Shown here: positions 1 to 7,034 of the stretch, piece by piece
Layout: the number at the start of each line of letters is the position of its first letter
Numbering within the stretch: position 1 is the stretch's first letter
Virus record (IMG/VR): IMGVR_UViG_3300032253_000139
Span: 1-24,955 of that record
Length of the DNA stretch: 24,955 bases
From: a virus
Taxonomy: Duplodnaviria > Caudoviricetes
Reading direction: 5' to 3' (one strand)
Position numbers and translations under genes: made by a program
The notes under the pieces: generated by a model
Databases searched by the model: none
What the model saw: only the letters and a program-made list of their open reading frames with translations
What the model was told of the DNA's origin: nothing

Positions 1-614
1 GGCGGGTCTTCGAGCAGTACAGATATCGGCCGAGTATGAAGAGCGGTGATGCACGCAGAACATGTCGCGGGTTTCTTGCCATTGATTGATGTGACACTGC
101 TACTCTGCTCTTTCGCAGATGCGATGAGCGTGTCAGAGTATTCATTGCTTCGCCCCTTCGCCTCGATCACATGCCAGTTGTTCTTCTTACCTCTTCCGAC
201 GAGATCGCCTCTCTGTCTGCTTGTGGCAGAAGTAATCAGTGCTCCGCAGTCGCGCATTTTGTCAACATGAGCGAGCCAGGGAATACCAAGTTCCGATTCC
301 GCGACAATCTTGGCCATCGCCATTCCATGCCAGTATGACATCGCACCTTTCTCAGACATGTCGAGTTCATGAAAGCGGTGATCCACGCACAGACCTTCTG
401 TTGCATGTCCTAGAAATGAGACCGCCGACAAACCAACACCAAAGCGGTGAAAGAAGCCACGCATTCCAAGCGAATATACATCCGAGTGTCGTTGTGCACC
501 GACGGTGATGATCGCCCTGAGCATCGTTCGTCGGCTCACATCACGCCGGCGAATCCCGTTGGTCTTTGTGTAGGGTGCTGGAAATTTTTTGCATGTAACA
601 CGCACCACGCTCAT
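1..614 (-). CDS. Putative PD-(D/E)xK-fold nuclease, 3'-truncated by the window edge (at least 204 aa; not in the ORF track)
   Basis: Hand translation. The ATG at 614 overlaps the hsdS stop (ATGA, 611-614) and the frame is open to base 1: MSVVRVTCKKFPAPY...SEKGAMSYWHGMAMAKIVAE...RGDLVGRGKKNNWHVIEAKGRS...VLLEDP. It carries a D...ExK motif (codons at about 206-156). Confidence 0.7.
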   Translation of the reverse strand, partial: MSVVRVTCKKFPAPYTKTNGIRRRDVSRRTMLRAIITVGAQRHSDVYSLGMRGFFHRFGVGLSAVSFLGHATEGLCVDHRFHELDMSEKGAMSYWHGMAMAKIVAESELGIPWLAHVDKMRDCGALITSATSRQRGDLVGRGKKNNWHVIEAKGRSNEYSDTLIASAKEQSSSVTSINGKKPATCSACITALHTRPISVLLEDP

Positions 615-1285
615 GCCGTACCCCCTCGGACATCCATTTTCCCCGTGACGGCGGCGGAGATCAGAGCGATGCGGTATTCGGTGAGCAATGTGACATTCTG
701 CAAACCGAGGTCGATGAGGGCATCAATCTTCGCCGTCCGCTCATCGAGGAAGGCCGCGATGGTGCGCTGTTCGGGGAGAGGGGGGAAGGTACTATACATA
801 CTCCCGATGAAATCCCAACTGGCACGCGGCATCTTTGCCCCGTATGTAGACGAATCGACCAGCTTGATAAAGCCGTGTGAAAGTAGCGAGTAGAGCAGAA
901 ATCGCTTATCCATTTTCGGCGATCTGAGCACTATCAGCTCGGAAGAGCACAGGCCTTCAAAATCTACGGCGGTTGCTTTCGCCAGATACGGACGAAGCTT
1001 TCCGAACAAAACATCATCAGGCCGAAAGACATTTGACATGCCAGTCGGAACGAAATCGTCGTTCAGCGGGAGAAGCCTGCCGGTCCAGGACTCTATATGC
1101 TCCATACCGATATATGACAGATCGCAATCGCCATCAACTTCGACCTTTTCGTTGATGAGTTGCGAGAGGAACTTGAGTCTCTTGACCTCCCAATGTTCTG
1201 GCACCTCCCCTAGCCAGTCGATGCCGGAGGGTTTGTAGGCCGGGTAGGTTGGCCATGTGCTTTCGTGTGTTGTGGCTGTACTCAT
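611..1285 (-). CDS. hsdS: Type I R-M specificity subunit, half-size (single TRD)
   Basis: N-terminal conserved YPAYKPSGIDWLGEVPEHWEV, one TRD (DVLFGKLRPYL), and C-terminal PPLPEQRTIAAFLD...ISAAVTGK. It is 224 aa, against about 400 aa for two-TRD HsdS. Confidence 0.93.
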   Translation of the reverse strand: MSTATTHESTWPTYPAYKPSGIDWLGEVPEHWEVKRLKFLSQLINEKVEVDGDCDLSYIGMEHIESWTGRLLPLNDDFVPTGMSNVFRPDDVLFGKLRPYLAKATAVDFEGLCSSELIVLRSPKMDKRFLLYSLLSHGFIKLVDSSTYGAKMPRASWDFIGSMYSTFPPLPEQRTIAAFLDERTAKIDALIDLGLQNVTLLTEYRIALISAAVTGKMDVRGGTA

Positions 1286-2046
1286 GATTTACCCCCGCGA
1301 GGTTTCTTGCTCTGCGTTTTCTTCTTGACAGCGGCTGTTTTCTTCGTCTTTTTCTTTGCTTGCGGCTTGGGCTTTGGCAGGATTGATGCTTCTTTTGGAA
1401 TGACATAAACCCCGAGAAGAAGATGATCGATCACTTTGAGAGCTGCGGTAATCTGCTTCTTTTGCGGAGCTTTCATCTCGTGTGCAGCATCGTTTCCAAG
1501 AAGGCGGATGCCATGAAGAATCGTGGCTCCTGCAGGCGTGAGCAGTGACATGCTTGCTAGCTCGTCGATTCTCTCTGCCAGATTTCGTTTTTTTGCCTTC
1601 AGGTCTTGGCAAGTAGCTTCAATGACGGCACGAATGCCAATCCCTGCGAGTGTTGGTAGCTCGTGTTGCACTGCTGAGAGGGTTTCACGATAGATGGTTT
1701 GAATGATCTCTGGAATGTCATACACATCGTTGCCGAGATAAAGCTCATTTGCTAAAGAACGATTTTCTCGTTCTGGATAGAGTTTTTCTGTCTCGGTATG
1801 AGTTTGGTGACCATCTTGATCCCACTCGAGGTCTTCAGAGTTCCATTCAATTGATCTGAATGAAAGCGTATCGCAGCCATTGCAGCGAATGATCTGGGAT
1901 GTTCCGCCTGTGTGGATATCCGGGCCGTCGTAGAACTCTGACCACTCGATCGCTCGCTCGATCGTATGGATTGTTTCAGTCTTGCACTGTGGGCATTCTA
2001 CATCCGCCTTCTTGCCAGTAGTCTTGCTGTCTTTGATTGTGCTCAT
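1282..2046 (-). CDS. DUF4145 (HEPN-like) protein with N-terminal Zn-ribbon and Lys-rich tail
   Basis: CPQC...RCNGC Cys pairs; IRAVIEATCQD...LAERIDEL...IRLLGNDAAH (RxxGNxAAH). ATGA overlaps with both hsdM and hsdS. Confidence 0.85.
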   Translation of the reverse strand: MSTIKDSKTTGKKADVECPQCKTETIHTIERAIEWSEFYDGPDIHTGGTSQIIRCNGCDTLSFRSIEWNSEDLEWDQDGHQTHTETEKLYPERENRSLANELYLGNDVYDIPEIIQTIYRETLSAVQHELPTLAGIGIRAVIEATCQDLKAKKRNLAERIDELASMSLLTPAGATILHGIRLLGNDAAHEMKAPQKKQITAALKVIDHLLLGVYVIPKEASILPKPKPQAKKKTKKTAAVKKKTQSKKPRGGKS

Positions 2047-4136
2047 GCAGTCACCTCGGAAAGCATGCTGACGATCTTTTTCTCAAGTGATTTGAGGTCA
2101 GTTTCGATGTCTACGAGCGGGCGTGGGGGCTCGTACTTGTAGAAATGACGGGTGAGTGGGATCTCGTAGCCGACCTTGGTCTTGGCGTGGTCGATCCAGG
2201 CATCGGGGACATGGGGAATGACCTCGCGTTTGAAGTAGTCCTCAATGTTTTCCTTGAGGGGCACGACCTCGGTATCTCGCAGTTGGGCATCCGCTTCGGG
2301 GTTGCCTTTGCTGTCTGTGCAGATCTTGGCGGAATCATCGCGTTCACTCAGAGCCGACAGGACGGCCTTGAGTTCGGCAGCGGTGAGTTTTACTTTCGTC
2401 ATCTCGCGGTCCACACGCTTGAGGTCCTTGAGGAAGGATGGGCGATCCTTGTAGAGTTTTTCTTTGGTCTCTTTAGCCAGCATTTCGAGCATGTCACGGA
2501 TGGCCTTTTGGCGTTTTTCACCCTCGGCGATCTCTTTGAGTCGGACGGCTTCGTTTTTCTTCTTACTCGTTGCAAGATTGTTGAAGCTTGATTCATCCTC
2601 GATACGCGCGATGCGTTCTTTGGTGGCTTGGAAGTTGAGCCGAAGCGGGCGCTCGACGGTGATCTTGTGGTAGCCGAAGTCCTCGTTGTCGAAAATCTTG
2701 CATACGACAGCTTGTTTCTCGCCACCGTTGGTGGGGACTTTGCGAGTGTCGTCATGCTTGAACTCGCCGTAGATTTCGGTGATGAGGCCGATTTGATCAG
2801 GAAGTTTGGGTTCCAACTTTGTGGGTTGAGCGATCCGATGACGCTTGTTGCCCAAACTTTTCTTCATCGGAATCCAGAAGTCACGAGCATCAAGCAGTTG
2901 GATTTTGCTCTTGCGTTGGTTGGTCTTCCGGTTGGTAAGAATCCAGAGATAGGTTGAGATGCCTGTGTTGTAGAAAAGTTGGTCTGGCATTGCGACGACA
3001 GCTTCGAGCCAGTCATTCTCGATAATCCACCGGCGGATCTCTGATTCACCCGATTCCGCGTCGCCGCTGAAAAGTGGTGAGCCATTGAAGACGATGCCGA
3101 TCCGACTGCCACCCTTTTTGACGGTTTGCATTTTGGAAATCATGTGCTGGAGAAAGAGCAATGCGCCATCGTTGATGCGTGGCACTCCAGCGCCGAAGCG
3201 ACCGTCGTAGCGAAGTGAGTTGCTTTCTTTTTTGATGAAGCGTTCCTGCTGTTTCCACGAGACGCCAAAGGGCGGATTGGCGAGCATGTAGTCGAAGGTC
3301 TGGTCGGGAAATCCGTCGTCGGAGAAGGTGTCGCCGAGTTTGACATTTTCTGAGTCTTCACCCTTGATGAGCATGTCAGATTTGCAGATGGCGTATGCCT
3401 CATCGTTCCAATCCTGGCCGTAGAGGAGTGGCTTGGCATCAGCATTGTTGTTGCGTAGGAACTGCTCAGCGGATGAAAGCATTCCTCCCGTCCCACAGGC
3501 GGGGTCGTAGATCATTTTAACCTTGTGGCCCTTAGCCAGGTCCGGTTCATCGGACAACAGAAGATTGACCATGAGGCCAATGACCTCGCGTGGCGTGAAG
3601 TGTTCTCCGGCCTCTTCGTTGGACTGTTCAGCGCCGATTCGGATGAGTTCCTCGAAGATATAACCCATCTGCATATTGTCGATGCGTGCGGGCGAGAGAT
3701 CGATTTTAGAGAATGATTTAATGACTTCGTACAGAAGATTCTTGTCGGCCATGCGTTGAATATGGAGGCCGAAGTTGAAATGCTCCATGATTTTTCGAAT
3801 ATTGGGTGAAAAAGCATTGATGTAGCTGTTGAGATTCGGCGCGAGTTGGTTCGGATCATCAAGTAGCTTAGTGAAATCGAGTTTAGAGAGGTTGTAGAAC
3901 TGCGTGCTGGTGATGTCACAGAGCTTGGGACGGATGATGTTCTCGCTCTTGCCCTTGAGTTTTGTGTGTGCCGTGAGCACATCCTGCTTAGTTGGTTCGA
4001 GGATGCAATCGAATCGACGCAGGACCGTGAGTGGCAGAATAACTTTGCGATACTCGTTTCGTTTGTAAGGACCCCGAAGCAAATTGCAAATGCTCCAGAT
4101 GAAGGTGGTTGTTTCTGAGTGTGTATCTACAGTCAT
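2043..4136 (-). CDS. hsdM: Type I R-M DNA methyltransferase subunit M (N6-adenine)
   Basis: FIWSICNLLRG N-terminus, GEHFTPREV, motif I IYDPACGTGGML, motif IV ANPPFG, FYNTGISTY. Confidence 0.96.
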   Translation of the reverse strand: MTVDTHSETTTFIWSICNLLRGPYKRNEYRKVILPLTVLRRFDCILEPTKQDVLTAHTKLKGKSENIIRPKLCDITSTQFYNLSKLDFTKLLDDPNQLAPNLNSYINAFSPNIRKIMEHFNFGLHIQRMADKNLLYEVIKSFSKIDLSPARIDNMQMGYIFEELIRIGAEQSNEEAGEHFTPREVIGLMVNLLLSDEPDLAKGHKVKMIYDPACGTGGMLSSAEQFLRNNNADAKPLLYGQDWNDEAYAICKSDMLIKGEDSENVKLGDTFSDDGFPDQTFDYMLANPPFGVSWKQQERFIKKESNSLRYDGRFGAGVPRINDGALLFLQHMISKMQTVKKGGSRIGIVFNGSPLFSGDAESGESEIRRWIIENDWLEAVVAMPDQLFYNTGISTYLWILTNRKTNQRKSKIQLLDARDFWIPMKKSLGNKRHRIAQPTKLEPKLPDQIGLITEIYGEFKHDDTRKVPTNGGEKQAVVCKIFDNEDFGYHKITVERPLRLNFQATKERIARIEDESSFNNLATSKKKNEAVRLKEIAEGEKRQKAIRDMLEMLAKETKEKLYKDRPSFLKDLKRVDREMTKVKLTAAELKAVLSALSERDDSAKICTDSKGNPEADAQLRDTEVVPLKENIEDYFKREVIPHVPDAWIDHAKTKVGYEIPLTRHFYKYEPPRPLVDIETDLKSLEKKIVSMLSEVTA

Positions 4137-4184
4137 CCTTGCTCCTCATTGCCATCATGATTCATCGACATCCGGTCTACTGGG

Positions 4185-4333
4185 TTAAGCCACCCATGCA
4201 TCGATCGTTGTCCACAGGAACTGCCAGTGTCTCCTAGCCTTCTGTTCTGGCACAAGCCCGAACTGAGCGAGTTTACAGATTTACTGAGGGATGATTTAGA
4301 GACCTGCAGGTATGTTGCAAGGTCATTTGTCAT
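4185..4333 (-). pseudogene. Frameshifted excisionase-like (HTH_17/MerR-fold) DNA-binding gene upstream of hsdM
   Basis: One frame reads MTNDLATYLQVSKSSL and another continues CKLAQFGLVPEQKARRHWQFLWTTIDAWVA*. Joined, these match the HTH_17 pattern (LAxYLxVSKSTLYKLAQxGxVPxxKVGRHWRF...IDxWL). About 8 extra nt (AGTAAATC) break the frame. Confidence 0.65.
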
Positions 4334-4516
4334 AATCTCCGCGGCAAAACTTAGAGACTCCCTGACGGCAACCGGACATACGAGGGGTATTGTAGCGAAA
4401 GGGGTTCGTAATTCCCTGTGGCTTGGGTTTGGTGACAGCATGTAGTCAGCGGCATAGCACGCACCACAACCACTAGATGAGGGTGGTGTTGGGGTAAGGG
4501 GTTGTTGGGGCTTGGG

Positions 4517-5584
4517 TTAGGCGAGGGTTGAGAGGCCGACGACTGAAGTGGCGGGCTGAATGCCACTGGAGCTGCCGAAGCTTGAGCTGCTGGATTTGCC
4601 GCCGGAGCCGCTGCCTGATCCGGAACCGCCGCCGCTTGAGCCGCCGCCTGAGCTTGCGATGCTGCCTTTGGCCATGTCGTTGTGGGTCCAGACGCCTTCG
4701 GCGAGATAGGTGTTGGTGCCGGGGATGTGGATGGAGACGGTGCGGGTTGGGGTGGCGATGTGCTCGATGGTGATGATTGGCTCTTCGTTGAGATCGGCAT
4801 CGATAAGACGGTCACCGATGCACAGTAGTTCGGCTGAACAGAATCCCCATTCGTCGCCTCTCCGAATGAGCATGGGGTGTTCGAAGGTAAGTTTGAGTCG
4901 GCGGTTGATAACATAGAAACCATCGTGGGTGCCGAGGGTGATCTGGCCGACGGGGGCGGGTGTTGATTGAGCGCCGTCAAGGCCGGACTCGGATCGCCAG
5001 TCGTACTGGGCTTGCCAGTCGGCGTCGGGTTCGAGGCCAGGGATGGCGAGGGACATCAACAAATCGCCTGGGGTGAGTGATTCGATAGGGACTCGGCTGC
5101 CGTCGGCTTTGGTGACGAGTGTGCCGAAGAGGAAGCAGTTGGACGAACCGCCTCCAGATGATCCTCCGCCGGAGCTTCCGCCACCACTCGAGCCGCCACC
5201 GGATGAACCACCGCCGGAGCTGCCCCCGCCGGATGATCCGCCACCTGAAGAACCTCCACCGGATGACCCGCCACCTGAACTTCCACCGCCGCTCGATCCG
5301 CCACTACTTGAACCTCCTCCGCTTGATCCAGCACTGCTGCCTGCTGATGAACCAACGCCTGAGCTTTCAAGTGTGCTTTGGGCGGAACTGCTTGGGGGCG
5401 TTGAGCTGCTTCCGAGTGTGCTGTTGGCCGAGCTTCCCGGCGTAGTGCTGCTGTTATTGTTACTCCCGCTCCACTCAGTGCTAGCGATCGACGAACTTGA
5501 GAGATCGCTGGAGCCGCCGCCGGTTGGGGCTTGGCCGGTCGCCCAGACGGGGAGGTACAAGTAGTATTGCGATGGCGTGGGCAT
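4517..5584 (-). CDS. Gly/Ser-rich protein with central Hint (intein-like) autoprocessing domain, about 355 aa
   Basis: Probable start is ATG 5584, 8 nt after the upstream stop. Hint domain at 5137-4679: N|CFLFGTLVTKADGSRVPIESLTPGDLL (block A, Cys1), LTFEHP (block B TxxH), TYLAEGVWTHN|D (terminal His-Asn). Confidence 0.88.
   Translation of the reverse strand: MPTPSQYYLYLPVWATGQAPTGGGSSDLSSSSIASTEWSGSNNNSSTTPGSSANSTLGSSSTPPSSSAQSTLESSGVGSSAGSSAGSSGGGSSSGGSSGGGSSGGGSSGGGSSGGGSSGGGSSGGGSSGGGSSGGGSSGGGSSGGGSSNCFLFGTLVTKADGSRVPIESLTPGDLLMSLAIPGLEPDADWQAQYDWRSESGLDGAQSTPAPVGQITLGTHDGFYVINRRLKLTFEHPMLIRRGDEWGFCSAELLCIGDRLIDADLNEEPIITIEHIATPTRTVSIHIPGTNTYLAEGVWTHNDMAKGSIASSGGGSSGGGSGSGSGSGGKSSSSSFGSSSGIQPATSVVGLSTLA
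5141..5326 (-). repeat. 15-bp-period coding repeat encoding (SSGGG)n
   Basis: Ten consecutive SSGGG units, preceded by SSGGG-SSSGG and ending SS-N immediately before Hint Cys1. Synonymous codons differ between units. Confidence 0.95.
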
Positions 5585-5592
5585 GGCGGTTC

Positions 5593-6495
5593 TCAGTTGG
5601 CCTTGGATTTGGTTGTATCGGTGGGCGTGTACCAGCCGGTGGTGGTGATGGGTTTGCTGCACTCGCTGGCGGCTTGCTTGATCGCATCTTCGTAGGTCAT
5701 GCGTTCGAACACAGACAGGGCGCTGCCGGGCGAGCAGTTGACGACGCGGAACTTGTGCTGCTCGAAGTGAGGAAGCAAGGCTTCGAAGCGTTTGGTCAGC
5801 GATTCGTAGAGCGTGTTGTTGTAGCGGATGACATTAGGGGCGCGTGCTTCGTCGAAGGCATACCGGCGATCATCGGCCATCTTGAAATCGCACCCGAGCA
5901 GGTACACTGTGCGGAATCCGAGGTGGTACAGCAATCGCATGGCCGCGAGCATGACGCTGCGTTTGCCCTTGATGCCCAGCGTGTCGGCTTGGTTACCATC
6001 GTTGCCCCAAGGCACGCTGTCTCCGGTCAGGAAGCGCTCATGATCGAAGTGGTTGCTCCGGCGATAGAACAGCACGCTTGGCATCTGGCTGACATGAAAG
6101 GCGCTGGGTTGCATCGATCCGTCGGGCTTCTGGATGCGCAGCCGGCGGACGCGATGGCACACCGGCACGAACTTGGTAATGCCGGGGTCTTTCCAGCCCG
6201 TATCGATGAATCGGCCCGGGTCATCGACGCAGGTCCAGAGGTTCGGGCGGTGGATCGTCCAGGCGTTGTTGACGCCCATGGTTATGATGCCGCGTTGGTT
6301 GAGCAACGGCAGATCGAGTTGGTTGAGTGATGGGCCCGAGAGAATGAGGAATGCGGATCGGCCGCGATAGAAGTTGGCCATCGAGATCGAATCGAAGTCC
6401 GCTGTATAGAGGCGGAGCCCGTTGCGTGATGGTGATCGGTTCTTGAGGCCGTGCTGGAGGGCGACGATGTCGGACTGGTTGGGGCGGTTGATCAT
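5593..6495 (-). CDS. Maf/DUF115 (MptE-like) / CstII-like glycosyltransferase-fold protein
   Basis: Motifs FLILSGPSL, MGVNN, SVMLAAMRLLYHLGFRTVYLLGCDF and VVNCSPGSAL parallel the GNGPSL...LGYKEIYLxGxDF motifs of GT42 sialyltransferases and Maf proteins. Confidence 0.72.
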   Translation of the reverse strand: MINRPNQSDIVALQHGLKNRSPSRNGLRLYTADFDSISMANFYRGRSAFLILSGPSLNQLDLPLLNQRGIITMGVNNAWTIHRPNLWTCVDDPGRFIDTGWKDPGITKFVPVCHRVRRLRIQKPDGSMQPSAFHVSQMPSVLFYRRSNHFDHERFLTGDSVPWGNDGNQADTLGIKGKRSVMLAAMRLLYHLGFRTVYLLGCDFKMADDRRYAFDEARAPNVIRYNNTLYESLTKRFEALLPHFEQHKFRVVNCSPGSALSVFERMTYEDAIKQAASECSKPITTTGWYTPTDTTKSKAN

Positions 6496-7034
6496 GTGAA
6501 CCTCCCGGTGATGTATTGGCTATTCGTGCTGTCCACTTCACCGACTCGGCTGATCTGTTCGATCCACCAGTGCTTGGGGCGGACGGTTGGGTGGAGGTTC
6601 TTGCCTTGGACGGTGATTCGGCTTGGGCGCGTGGAGATCGAAAAACAGAACCATGCCTTGGGGCGGGCGACTCGCAGCATCTCGTTGAGTACCGGGTTCA
6701 CATCTTGGATCAGCAAATGCTCCATCGCATCGAAACTCGTCACGACATCGGCGACGCTGTCGAGCAGCCCGGTCGCGTGCATGGGCTTGGCGATGTCGGC
6801 TTCGGGGAAAGCGAAGTCGATGCCGAGGCCGTCGAAGCCCAGTCGGCGGAGGTGGTGGATGAAGTTGTTTCGGCCGCAGCCAAAGTCGATGACCAATCTT
6901 GGCTTCCATCGTTGGATGATTGGGATGGCGTGCTTGCCGTGGTTGGTTGATCCGTAGGACGATCCTTGGCGTGAGGCGAGCTCGATGTACTTGCTTCGTT
7001 CGTGGTTGCGCTTTGCATTGAGGGCGATAGTCAT
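6492..7034 (-). CDS. Class I SAM-dependent methyltransferase (about 180 aa)
   Basis: True start is probably ATG 7034 (ATGA overlap). Motif I VIDFGCGRN, GIDFA, DVVTSFDAMEHL, EMLRVAR. Confidence 0.88.
   Translation of the reverse strand: MTIALNAKRNHERSKYIELASRQGSSYGSTNHGKHAIPIIQRWKPRLVIDFGCGRNNFIHHLRRLGFDGLGIDFAFPEADIAKPMHATGLLDSVADVVTSFDAMEHLLIQDVNPVLNEMLRVARPKAWFCFSISTRPSRITVQGKNLHPTVRPKHWWIEQISRVGEVDSTNSQYITGRFT

Noticed and set aside
46-893. Short plus-strand ORFs at the left edge
   Set aside because: They are shadows of hsdS and of the open minus-strand frame 614 to <1, and have no motifs.
4133-4441. 102-aa ORF as an intact gene
   Set aside because: Only its middle resembles an HTH and the rest of the domain is in another frame, so it is treated as a pseudogene.
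4340-4516. Prophage attachment site at the phage/R-M junction
   Set aside because: No partner repeat, integrase or tRNA is in the window, so it cannot be supported. The R-M operon may itself be prophage cargo.
4679-5137. Classical mobile intein
   Set aside because: The +1 residue is Asp, there is no homing endonuclease, and there is no conserved host protein around it.
5141-5326. CRISPR-like or DNA-level repeat array
   Set aside because: There are no spacers, and variation is synonymous, which indicates a coding repeat.
5043-5564. Pro-rich plus-strand ORF with (xxPPP)n repeats
   Set aside because: It is the antisense mirror of the SSGGG repeat; the minus frame has the Hint motifs and the operon context.
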